From assembly GCA_964016885.1 (NCBI GenBank), contig OZ024749.1:28272001-28336000 (forward strand): a stretch of 64,000 nt of DNA, in the 5' to 3' direction. Of the stretch, positions 11,707-24,580 are shown in pieces. Each line of letters starts with the position of its first letter. Position 1 is the stretch's first letter. The stretch is from Eledone cirrhosa (Eukaryota). The notes under the pieces were generated by a model. It ran no database searches. It saw only the letters and a list, made by a program, of their open reading frames with translations, and had not been told where the DNA came from. A program made the translations under genes and the position numbers.

Positions 11707-12997
11707 TAATAATAATAATAATGAAATATTGTGTACAGTGCTCAGGTGCACTACAACTCATCAAAAAGTGTATGTATAGTACATAGGGTAATGTACAAAC
11801 ATCAGGAAAATGAACAGTGCATGAGTCATGATATACACGTGTGCATGTGTATGGAAGGGGTACATCAGGTGTAGTTTTGGCATATTTCGGGAAGCATGAG
11901 TGTTTTAAAGGATGCAGTGTCTCGGCAGCTAATAACTGATGCGGGCAGTTTGTTCCATGCTTCAGCAACTCTGAGTGTGAAAAAATGTTTACGAAAGTCA
12001 TGGGAGCTGTGCTGTTTTCTGATTTTGTAGGCATGTCCAAGTGTGTTAGACACATGGAGATCAAAAAGGTGGTCAAGGTTGTTGTTGGTGAGATGGTTAA
12101 TAACTTTGTGGGTGTTTACCAAGTCCATTGCCAGACGTCGGAGCTTCAATGAATCCATGCCCAGGGAAGCAAGGCGTTCAGAGTATGGTAAGTGTCTGAT
12201 GGAGGGTATGCGCTTGGTTGCACGTCTCTGAACAGTTTCCAGGAGGTCAATGTTCTGAGCAAGATAGGGGTTCCAGACTGATGATGCGAATTCCAAGTGT
12301 GGTCGTACCATAGCTGTATACAGCTTTAAATAGATGGCTGGAGAGTGGCTAACAAAGGTCTTGCTGAGTGATGCCAAGACACCCTTGGCCTTCTTGACAA
12401 TCTTAGAGACATGCTTTGTCCAACACAAATCGCTGTAGACAGTAATGCTCAGGTCACGTGCTCAAGAGGACTTCTTGATATCAGTGTTGTGGAGGGAGTA
12501 TGTGGACGCTGGATTTTTCCTCCCAAAATGCATGGTGGTACACTTGTCCACAGCCAGCTTCAGTTGCCAGTCTGTGATCCATTGCTGCATTGTGTCCAGG
12601 TCTGATTGTAGGAAAGAGTTGTAGATTTCAGAATCAGTCCTTTTGATTTCAAGGTACAGCTTGATGTCATCTGCATATTTCAGTACCCTGGCAGTCTTTA
12701 AGTTGGCATCTATGTCATTAATATATGCCACAAACAAAAGGGGACCAAGAACAGATCCCTGTGGTACACCAGATGACATCTCATATGGTGAAGAATGCTG
12801 TCCTAGAACCATGACTACCTCTTTTCGGCTGAGAATGAAGGATTTCAACCAGTTAAAAAGATCATCCCCCACACCCATTGCAGAGAGTTTTTCCATAAGT
12901 CTTTTGTGTGGCACAGAATTAAAAGCCTTAGCGAAGTCAACGTAAACAACATCCACCCATGAGCCGCTGTCAGTGATCCGGGTAATGTCTTCAAGAC
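11707..12997 (-). pseudogene. 5'-truncated CR1-clade LINE (RT domain to 3' UTR)
   Basis: VDVVYVDFAKAFNSVPH, SGVPQGSVLGPLLF and LKYADDIKL, then after one in-frame stop (12462-12464) LYTAMVRPHLEFASSVWNP...LETVQRRATK...FFTLRVAEAWNKLP. Ends in an (ATT)n tail. Confidence 0.93.
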
Positions 12998-13048
12998 ATA
13001 TGCAAACATATAGACACACATACATAGAACTGAGTATATAAACACACA

Positions 13049-13098
<50 letters not shown>

Positions 13099-13498
13099 TA
13101 TATATATATATATATATATAGATATATATATATATATATATATACAAACATGTAAACACACATATATAGAAGTATGTATATAAACAATACATACAGATGC
13201 ATACATGTAAACACACATATATACAAACATGTAAACACACGCATATATAAAAGAAATGTAAACACACAAACATGTAGACACACACACATATGCAAACATA
13301 TAGACACACCTGTATGTAAACACACACACAAATGCAAACAGACACACATATGCAAATATATAGACACACATGTATGTGTAAACACAGATATATGCAAACA
13401 TAACACACGTGTATGTAAACACACACATATATGCAAACACACAGACACGTATGTGTATGTAAAAACACACATATGCAGACGTTAAACGAAAATACACA

Positions 13499-14169
13499 GA
13501 CGTTAAACGATGATGATGATATGTTTTTAACATAAATATGCCCCAGCGTGGTCTCAGCCTGTCGACTGTACAGGTAATAGAGTAAAAGTATATTTTAAAT
13601 AAAGGCAGTTTTGTATCATAGAACCAAGAACAGATGTGGTTTCAGGTGGGTTGGTATCAAAAGGGTTAAATGACCTTCATAATATATCTGAACTTTAAAT
13701 ATATATTTTTCAATACACAGAGAAAGACATGCTTACATGTTTGCATATATGTGAGTTTACATACACATATGTGTGTGTGTTTACACATACGTGTGTGTGT
13801 TTGCATATATGTGTGTTTTTACATACACATACACATGTGTATGTAAAAACACATATATGCAAGCACAGAGACACACGTATGTGTAAACACACACACATGT
13901 GTATGTAAACTCACATATATGCAAACATGTAAGCATGTCTTTCTCTGTGTATTGAAAAATATATATTTAAAGTTCAGATATATTATGAAGGTCATTTAAC
14001 CCTTTTGATACCAACCCACCTGAAACCACATCTGTTCTTGGTTCTATGATACAAAACTGCCTTTATTTAAAATTTACTCTATTACCTGTACAGTCGACAG
14101 GCTGAGACCACGCTGGGGCATATTTATGTTAAAAACATCACATCATCATCATCATCATCGTTTAACGTC
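13499..14169. repeat. ~670-bp near-perfect palindrome (arms ~330 bp)
   Basis: The left arm gacgttaaacgatgatg...ccccagcgtggtctcagcctgtcgactgtacagg is the reverse complement of the right arm; centre at ~13834. Confidence 0.95.
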
Positions 14170-14506
14170 CATTTTCCATGCTAGCATGATTTCATGATTT
14201 TAAATTTTAGTTAAGTCATGTTCTAAACATCAGCTTGATAATGTTAAGAAGGTCAGTGGGTTGGCAGTAATTGGTAGAGCATAGAATTACGACCCTTTAC
14301 GTTCCGAGTTCAAATCCTGCAGAGGTTAGCTTTGTTTTTCATCCTTATGAGGGGGGGGGGGTCGATAAAATAAGTACCAGTATCGCACTGGAGTCAAATT
14401 ACTTCAGTTTGATGAGATAATTAGAGTTAGCGAAGCAAATAATTTGGAGTGTAAATATATCCTAGATATATAAAGACTAAATAAAAGTACACAGTTTTAT
14501 TATACT

Positions 14507-14985
14507 TGGACACCAGTGAACCTGGACACTGGTGGACCTGGTCACTGGCAGTCCTGGACACTGGTAGTCTGGACACTGGCAGTCCTGGACACTGGTAGTC
14601 TGGCTATCAGTAGTCCTGGACACTGGCAGTCCTGGACACTGGCAGTCTGGATATCAGTAGTCCTGGACACTGGCAGTCCTGGACACTGGCAGTCCTGGAC
14701 ACTGGCAGTCCTGGACACTGGCAGTCCTGGACACTGGCAGTCCTGGACACTGGCAGTCCTGGACACTGGTAGTCCTGGCTATCAGTAGTTCTGGACACTG
14801 GCAGTCCTGGACACTGGCAGTCCTGGACACTGGTACTCTTGGATACCAGTAGACCTGGTCATCAATAGTCCTGGATACTAGTAGACTTGGACACTAATAA
14901 TCCTGGTCATCAGTAGTCTTTGACACTGGCAGTCCTGGACACTAGTAGTCACTGAACACTAGTAATCCTGGACATTAGTAGTCCT
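14507..14985. repeat. 16-bp minisatellite (cctggacactggcagt)n
   Basis: Direct periodicity. Confidence 0.95.
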
Positions 14986-16419
14986 AGGTTCAGATCTATT
15001 GTACGACTCCTTGGGCAAGTGACTTCTACTATAGCCTTGGGTTGACCAATGCCTTGTGTGTGGCATTTGGTAGGCAGAAACGACAGAAGCTTAGAGCGTG
15101 TGCGTGCGTGCGTATATATATATATATATATATTAAAATAACAGATTAAAGTTTAAGAAAAGAATCGCTGCTTTCACCCTTAACGGGATCTTCTGAAACT
15201 AGTATATAAATATATTATCCTTGCCGAGCCCTCTTCGGATTTTAATCTTCACATTTATTATTATTACTATATATATATATATAATGTAGTTGAGTGGTCA
15301 GCCACCCATTCCCCTGCGACTGCACAGTGCTGTCGGGATGACCTGAAACTAAAAGGGGTGGACAACCAGAGCAAAAACATTTTTTTTAGTCCGCTCCCTT
15401 CCACATAAAATTGCCTCAGAAATGTTACCTTTTAATCAATTTTTGCTGTCTGAAGATCACGATATTTATCGTCATTGAAATATATATAATGGGTCAATTA
15501 ATAAAGGACTAACATCTTCAACTTCCTATATTCATTTTTATTAATATACTCCGTCACCCCTGTTCTTAGGAAGTAATATGGCATTGAGTGTTAGAAGCGA
15601 ATTGCATCCTTGGAGAGAGAGAGAGCGAGAGAGCGAGAGAGCGAGAGAGTGTGTGTCTGTGTGTGTGTGTGTAAGGTGGTTATACTGGTGCCACCAGTCC
15701 ACACTGTAGTGCTGGTACCATGACAAAAAGCCCTCCAGTCCAAAATAGAACATACCAGTAAGACATGGTCCTCCACCTCATCTTACAGGACAGTAACTGA
15801 CCAGTATCTACACCCAATGTACAGCACTGACCACCAAGGCATGGTCCTCCACCCCAATCTAACAGTAACTCTGAAAAATAACTCTTGTGGATTGTAACAA
15901 CCTATTCAATCCAAGCCTGCATGGAAAATGAGCATATGATGATGATGATGATGTTTTCTTAGTTGACAATTTGAAACTGATAAAAATATAAAAATGATAT
16001 TTCTATAAATCAAAATACAAGGAATTCTTTTCACTCACATTTTCATTTATAAAAATATCTGCTACTTCTCTGAATTGAGAGATCCCAGCTCTGATATTAC
16101 ATATCTCAGGAAAGAATTGCTGGGCAGATTTTACAGGCAAAACCAACCAGTAGGAGACCCAGGGGTACATCCCGAGTAAGATGGTTGGATAACATTCAGG
16201 AGTTTAGCTGGTCTCACTTAGAGACAGTTGATACTTACAAGACCTACTGGAAGGAGTGTTTGAGAACTGCCTCCAACAACCCTCCCAGGAATAAGTGAGC
16301 AAAGAAGAAGATTTAGGGAATATCATTATCATCATCATTATTTTATGTCCGTTTTTCCCGGCTTGCAAGGGTGGGAAGGGTGGGAATAAAAATTTGATAA
16401 CTAAATATAAATTTAATAA

Positions 16420-16975
16420 CAATTCTTTCCAATATTGGTGCAAGGCCAATTTGTGGGGAAGGGAAAACCAATTAAATCAGCCCCTGTGCATTACTGGTAC
16501 TTTATTTTACCAATCTGGGAAGTATGAAATACAAAGTTAATCTTGCAAGATGTGAACTTAGAACATAAAGGGATGTAACTATACCACAACGTGTCCAATG
16601 CTCTAATGATTCTGCAAAATCCACCGCCCTCAATAATAATTGTTTCTACTATTGGCACAAGGCCAGCAATTATCCCAGTGTATTACTGGTACTTTATTTT
16701 ATCGACTCCGTAAGGATGAAAGGCAAAGTTAACCTCGGCGGGATTTGAACCGCCCTCAATAATAATAATGGGTTCTGAGATAGGCACGAGGCCAACAATT
16801 TTGGGAGAAAGGGAAAGTCGATTATATCAACCCCAGTGAATTTTATTTTATCGATCCTGTAAGGACGAAAGGCAAAAGAACCTCAGCGGGATTGGAACTC
16901 AGAATGTCAAGGGATGTAATTCTATGCAGCAAAGCCTGTTATCTGATGCTTTACTGATACTGCCAATCCACTACT
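16420..16975 (-). mobile_element. Head-to-tail cluster of three Meta/MESC-like SINE copies
   Basis: Three successive cores separated by (AAT)n. Confidence 0.8.
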
Positions 16976-16984
16976 ACTTTATGG

Positions 16985-17305
16985 CCCCACTTGGTCATGA
17001 ATGACCATAGTTTTGCACCTAGAAAGTTTCCCTCCGAGCCACAAGCCTGGGCAAGGTTTGTTTTGTGGAAAACCAGTAGTCACCCCATGCACACCAGCCT
17101 CTACTCTCCATCCCACCGATGATATCCAAGAAAAAAGCAATGACCAATACAGCTTGGCACCAGTGATGTTGCAACTCATTTCTACAGCTGAGTAAACTGG
17201 AGTAATGTGAAATAAAGTGTCTTGCTCAAGGACACAACGCATCACCCGGTCCGAGAATCAAACTCGGAACCTCTCAATTGCAAGCCCAACCACTAAGCCA
17301 TGCGC
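16985..17305 (-). mobile_element. CORE-like SINE, second subfamily
   Basis: gtgaaataaagtgtcttgctcaaggacacaacgc core with a tRNA-like head on the minus strand. Confidence 0.8.
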
Positions 17306-18077
17306 ATTTATTACTACTACTACTACTACTGCTACTACTATTACTAATAATTGTTTCTACTTTAAGCAGAAGGCTGGCAATTTGTAGGGAAGAGTAATGC
17401 CAATTAAATCGACCGCAGTGCATTACTGGTGCTTTATTTTATTGACCCCATAAGGATGAAAAGCAAAGCAAAGCTCGGCGTGATTTGAATTCAGAACATA
17501 AAGGACCGTATTCAATGTCACAAAGCATGTTGTCTGACGCTCTACCAATACTGCCAATCCACTGCCCTAATAACAATAATCTTTAGTAAAATCTATATTT
17601 CAGTTGTTTTAAGAATGTATCCATTTGGATTGCCCCACCCATATAACCGACGTTGACTTTCAAACTCAACTTAGTTTTAATATCAAATTTCAAACTGTAA
17701 ACTAATGCCAGCATTCTTCAGTTACCCCCCCCCCCCCCCTCCACCACACAAGAGCTAGAAATATGTTAAACAGAACATGGGTTGTATATTCATATTCACA
17801 TACTAATGTAAGTGTGTGCATATGTTTGTGTGTGTGTGTATACATATGCTTATTGCAGTAATGTGGTACCCGCACCTCGGAATAAAGACATTTTTTTGTT
17901 AACTTCCTTCTGGTGAAGCGCAATAATGGAAACGTAATGCATATGAATGAGCATTGTATAATGTAGTCAGCACATGTAGACGGTTATGTAATTGTACAGA
18001 AACATATGTTAAAGATTGAATACTCAAATTTCTCCTTCTGACCACTTCTTCCTGTTTTTCCTGGTACCTTATTTATA

Positions 18078-18122
<45 letters not shown>

Positions 18123-18124
18123 AA

Positions 18125-18365
18125 TGTACAGGAGAAGAGAGTGCATTGCTATGGACATGTGATGTGCATGGATGATGATCGATGGGTGAAGTAGTGCCAA
18201 GTAATATCAGTGGAAGGAAGACTAAGGAAGACTTGGATGGAAGTGGTGAGAGCTGATCTCAAATTGTTGAAGCTCACAGAGGAGATGACAAAGGAAGGTG
18301 GCAAGTGTAGAGATATTGTAGTGAGAAGGACCTGTTCAGCCCATGCACTCGAACAATGGACATAA
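18125..18365 (+). pseudogene. Decayed RTE LINE 3' fragment
   Basis: Translates as ...YGHVMCMDDDRWVK*...KTWMEVVRADLK, with stops and frameshifts. Confidence 0.65.
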
Positions 18366-18390
18366 AATAATGGTGTGTGTGTGTGTGCAT

Positions 18391-18704
18391 AGCATTGGCC
18401 TTGCAATCGAAAGGTTGTGAGTTCAATTCTCAGACTGGGTGATGTGTTGTTTCCTTGAGCAAGACACTTTATTTCACATTGCTCCAGTTTACTCAGCTGT
18501 AGAAATGAGATGATAGTAACTAGGGTCCCTATTATTCCACTGCAAAGTGGCCGTGGAGGTGCCACGGCAAAAAAGCACCCAGCACTCGCTGTAAATGAGG
18601 TTGGTGTTAGGAAGGGCATCCAGCTGTAGAAATCAAGTCAGAATCAGTTCCCGTCCCACCCTTGCAAGCAGGGAAAAGCGGACGTAAAATGATGATGATG
18701 ATGA
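18391..18704 (+). mobile_element. CORE-like SINE (5' slightly truncated)
   Basis: Near-identical to 5358-5686. Confidence 0.9.
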
Positions 18705-19289
18705 TATATATATACGAGGTATTTCCGTAGAAAGGGTAAAGGAAAGGAGGGTGCTCTATGTATGCTACAGAGCTATTTAAATATGTAATAAACAACACAA
18801 TACAATTATTCCATTTACCAAAGGTCTCACGAAGAGGTGAGCTCAACAGAGACGTCTGAAATCGTTGATCAGAAGGAAAAATTTAATATGGCTATAAGAT
18901 ATGAAATTAAAAACAAAGGCTATTACAATTGAAAGCTAGGTTGAAATAAAATTAAAAAAACAAAAATAAAATAGAATAAAATAATGGGAAAAATATACAT
19001 ACTGATGCAGAACGTAAGGTTAGAGGGTAAAAATATATACATATATACACACACACATACATATATACGCGGGCATACATACATATTTAATGGGGTTAAC
19101 TGACGAGGGATGTGCAGACCACATTATGGTCAGTTGGATGTGAAGCAAATAAAAAGAAGCGCTAAATGACTTGTATGCAGGCTGGAGCATTATATATCAT
19201 TAAAAGATCAGAGGCCATAATCAGTTGATTCAGGTTTATTTTAAACTTTGTTGAGGAACTTTCAACGTTTTCAAATTTTTATAGGTTTT

Positions 19290-19805
19290 GCCATCTGAAG
19301 AGCACAGTCACACCTCCATTTTTTCATACATTTGCAGTATACCATATATTTTTGAACTGAAGTTTTGTATGTCCACTAGATATGCCATACCTCCGTTTTA
19401 CATACAACATTTACAATGTACCATATATTTTAAACTGAGGTTTCAAAGGTCCAGTAGGTAAGCCACACCTCCATTTTACATAGAACATCTACAATGTATC
19501 ATATTTACTGGACCTACAAACCTCAGTTCAAAATATAAGTTACACATCCATTTTACATACAACATTTATAATGTACCATATATTTTGAACTGAGGTTTTG
19601 TAGGTTCAGTAGATAAGACACCGCCATTTTACATACATTTACAATGTACCTTATATTTTGAACTGAGGTTTTGTAGGACCAGTAGAAAAGTCACACCTCT
19701 ATTTTACATATAACATTTACAATGTACCATATATCTAGAATTGAGGTTTTGTAGGTCTAGTAGATAAGTCACACCTCTATTTTACATACAACATTTGCAA
19801 TGCAT
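19290..19805. repeat. ~78-bp minisatellite containing an internal inversion
   Basis: cacacctc.attttacata..acatttacaatgtaccatatattttgaactgaggttttgtaggt; period from 19692 to 19770. Confidence 0.9.
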
Positions 19806-21094
19806 CATTATAGTCTAGTAAGTAGGTACATCACATGCTTTTCTGCATTGTATTTCCATGGAAAAGAGTGTGACTTATACATACATTTAGTATATGGTAC
19901 ATTGAGGTGTCAAAAGTTTCATTGCAGTCTTTGTAAAAATTAAATCAAACAGATTTTGCATTTTTTAAATAGTTAAAATAACTCAACAATAGTGTAATTA
20001 CTTCAGTTTCAAATCAAATTACTTGACAGACAAATACAAATTAAAAATTATAAATTATATTTATGAGTTAGTTTATAAAGTATATATATATACATACCAA
20101 TAGAAACTGTCTGATTGACTTCTAAGTTTTTGACGTAGGGCATTGCATGTAGCAAACACCCTTATTTCATCAACAAAATCCCCCAACATCATCAACAGTT
20201 ATATTCATAATAATGTGTTTGTGTAAACCTTGAGACAATGTATGTAAAAATGTTAGTAAATACCACAGACAGAGCTTTGTTGATAATATAAAATTAATCA
20301 ACTAAGACCCTTGCCCAGTTCACTATTAAATATACAAATAGTACAAGGTTTCTTTTGTGTATGTGTCCTCGCACCTTCCTTCCCCCATCTCTCTCCTTCC
20401 ACCCCTCTCTCTCTCAGGTTCTGACATGTTGGTTGTTGGCAACCCTTATCTCTCTATCTATTTATAATATAACAACTATACGTAGAGTGCACAATTTGAG
20501 GTTCTAGTTTGTCCTTTGAGATTTCATATCAAGAAAACCTCATTCAATTGTTGAACTGACTTCCTGGTGGAAAGAAGAATGTGGGGAAAAAAGAAAAATA
20601 GTTAAATTCTTTCTTAAGCTTTGAAGCTCACCTGACAAAAGATTATCAAGTAACTGAGAGTACAAGACTCTCTCCCTTGGATATAACATCAGTCCATCAC
20701 AAGTGACTGAGAGTTCAAGACTCTCTTTTGGACACATCATCAGTCCATCCAAGTGACAGAGTACAAGACTTTCTTGGACACATCATCAGTCCAAGAGACA
20801 GAGTACAAGACTTTCTCTTTCTCATCATCAGTCCATCATAGAGTTAACAGTTAATACGTAGCTGTTGTTGCTGACATGCTAGTTGTTGGCAATCCTTACA
20901 CAGCAAAAGAAATGAAATAAAATAAAATAACTGACAATCACAAATGAAAGATTTAAGGAATGTATTTACTTACAGAAATGATGATGAATTCTTTGAATTC
21001 AGAGAAATAAGTGTAAAATATCCACATGATTAACAAAAACAGAAGATAACAGGACCACAATTTATTTTGGCCGAATTGAAATAGAAATGGCAAT

Positions 21095-21690
21095 TAATCC
21101 AGTTAATATGAAATGTGAAACACAGTGGATCAAGTTGATATGAAATGTGACCTGCAGTTAATCCAGTTGTTACGAAATGTGACCTGCAGTTAATCCAGTT
21201 GATACGAAATGTGACCTGCAGTTAATCCAGTTGATACGAAATGTGACCTGCAGTTAATCCAGTTGTTACGAAATGTGACCTGCAGTTAATCCAGTTGTTA
21301 CGAAATGTGACCTGCAGTTAATCCAGTTGATACGAAATGTGACCTGCAGTTAATCCAGTTGATACAAAATGTGACCTGCAGTTAATCCAGTTGTTACGAA
21401 ATGTGACCTGCAGTTAATCCAGTTAATACGAAATGTGACCTGCAGTTAATCCAGTTGATACGAAATGTGACCTGCAGTTAATCCAGTTGATACGAAATGT
21501 GACCTGCAGTTAATCCAGTTGTTACGAAATGTGACCTGCAGTTAATCCAGTTGATACGAAATGCGACCTGCAGTTAATCCAGTTAATACGAAATGTGACC
21601 TGCAGTTAATCCAGTTAATACGAAATGTGAACTGCAATTAATCCAGTTAATACGAAATGTGAACTGCAATTAATCCAGTTAATATGAAAG
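21095..21690. repeat. 32-bp minisatellite (~18 copies)
   Basis: (gttaatccagttgatacgaaatgtgacctgca)n. Confidence 0.97.
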
Positions 21691-23686
21691 AGGATTACAA
21701 TTTACGTTGGTTAAATTGAAACAAGAACCCTAGTTACTCTAGGTTTTTTTTTAACCATTTAGTTAAGGAGGGGAGAGTTGTAACCATGGCCCTTTTCAGC
21801 ACCTCTAAGAGTGATGAGGGTGAAGGTAGAAGATACCTTTAAACCAGGGACCTTGCACCAAATACTTGCAACAGAGTGGATACTGCTAAAGCCACTGAAG
21901 GCGACAGGTTGAATCTACCAACCAAGTAAGGCTGCTATGGGATTTAAACTCAGAACATCTGCTGCTCTGACAATTCCTCTAATCTACCATATTGGATTGC
22001 TCATCTATTTTATACACTATGAAAGGATGTAGAAATATGTGAACAACAGTTTATATCAATTAACACAAAACACAGGCCACAATTAGTCCACTCAGGGCAT
22101 CGTGTGGTAGTTAACACAAAATACAAGCCACAGTTAGTTCAGTTCAGGCATCGTATGGCAGTTAACACAAAATACAGGCCACACTTAGACCAGTTAGGGC
22201 ATCGGATTAAAAATATAAATGCTTTGGTATTTATTCCAGTTCACTGTGTTTTAGGTCCAAATCCTGCCAAAGTTAACTTTGCTTTTCATCTTTTCAAGGT
22301 TGATAAATAAAGCACCAGTCCAGTACTGTGGTTGGTATTTCCTCTATCTTCCGTTACCAGTTTTCTTCTGTCACTTATTCCCTCACTCACTCTCCAAGTA
22401 ATTGGCTGTGTTCAAACCTGGAGAGGTGATGGGACCCATTAGATTTAAAGTACCCAAGACACTGTGTTAGGACAGGGCCGCTATGACTATCAGGAGTAAA
22501 GGGCCTCTTTTCCTTTCCTTTTTTAATATGAAACACAAGACAGTTTATGTCGGTCAAATCAAAATATAAAACACAGTTAACTCTAGTTAATGCGAAATAT
22601 AAATTAGAAGTTATTTTGGTCAAATTGAAACATAAGCCACAGTTATGTTGGTTAAATTGAAATATAAGCTGCAGTCATATTGGTCAAATTGATATATAAA
22701 CTATAGGTATGTTGGTCAAATTGATATACAAGCCATAGTTATGTTAGTGGAATTGATATATAACTCCCAGTTTTTCTAGTTAATACAAATTATAAACTAG
22801 AAGCTACGTTGGTCAATAAGAAGAAACAACAACAGTAGTATGTCCAGATAGGTAGCCGCAACTCACGTAGAAGTGTTATACACATCAGATACAGTAAAAT
22901 GTTCTGTTTATTCTCACTGGTAGTAGAAGCCAATAATTAGATGTTGCGACATACACCAACATAGCTCTCGAGTGTGTTGGATGAGATAGGGGAAATACAC
23001 ATACGTCAACTTAGCTCTCATGTGTGTGTTAGATGAGAAAATACTAAGTTTGATTGGTATTTTAATAACGACAATGACACCATAACATTACTGGGGTATA
23101 ATTCTTTCTCCCTACCACCACCTCTCCGCTTTCTATAGTAAACAGATAGTGGCTAGAAGACCTCAACAACACCAACACCATAACCATGCCAAGGAGGGGT
23201 GTAGTTCTGCCCCACTTCACCGCCTCTCAGCTCTCTCTTGTAAACAGATAGTGGCAAGAAGACCACACCAACACCATAACCATACCAGTGGGGAAGTGTA
23301 GTACTCCCCCCAACTTCACCACTTCTCAGCTCTCTCTGATAAGCAGATAGTGGTAAGAAGACCTAACTAGAAATTACAGTAGTAACACCAATATATGTGA
23401 GCCAGTGATGACAGGAATATAATAAGAGTTGTGAGAAAATGGCAGGCAATATATGAACTATTGCAGCAAGTGTAATAACAGACTAGAGTGGGGGGTGAGG
23501 TTAGTAGCTGGATTAAATGATAGGGTTAAATAACATCCTGTCAGGAAGACCATTGGAAGGAGACACCACAAGTGGAAATTGTTGTTGTTGTTGTTGTTAT
23601 GACTGTTGGGTTTTTTTGTTGTATTTTGGTGGGTAGTGTGGCTAGGAAATATTTTAGATGTGTTGATATTGAATACGACTATCTTG

Positions 23687-24460
23687 GACTACACCACAGC
23701 ACACCAATCCACAGCACAGCGTACCACCTTAGACTACAGCACAGCACATCACCTCAGACTACATCACAGCACACCACCTCAGACTACACCACAGCACAGC
23801 ACACCACATCACCTCAGACTACACCACAGCAGAGCACACCACATCACCTCAGACTACACCACAGCAGAGCACACCACATCACCTCAGACTACATCACAGC
23901 ACACCACCTCAGACTACACCACAGCACAGCACACCACATCACCTCAGACTACACCACAGCAGAGCACACCACATCACCTCAGACTACACCACAGCAGAGC
24001 ACACCACATCACCTCAGACTACACCACAGGACACCTAACCACACCACACCAATTCATATGGCAGCACAGCACATCACGCCACATCACACTGCACCAATCC
24101 ACACATCACCACAGTACAGCACATAACAGTACACCACACAGCAATACACCACACCAGAGCACACAGCAGTACACCACAACACATCATACTACAGTACAGT
24201 ACACCACTGTACACTACAGTACACCACACAACAGTACAGCATACCACACCACAACACATCATACTACAGTACAGCACATACTACAGTACAGTACACCACT
24301 GTACACTACAGTACACCACACCACAACACATACTACAGTACACCACACCACAACACATACTACAGTACAGTACACTACAGTACACCACTGTACACTACAG
24401 TACAGTACACCACAGTACACCTCACCACACAGTAGCACACCGTACTACACTACAGCAAAC
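23687..24460. repeat. CAC/CAG-rich minisatellite
   Basis: cacctcagactacaccacagcagagcacaccacat repeats grading into tacagtacaccac repeats. Confidence 0.9.
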
Positions 24461-24580
24461 TGACCACAAGACCAGATCCCCACAGACATGTGTTTGGAAA
24501 GCAAATGTTGACATCATCGCGTGGCTCACAAGACAGGAAATGTCATGGAAAGTAAGGATGTCACAGGTCAGGTGTCAAAC

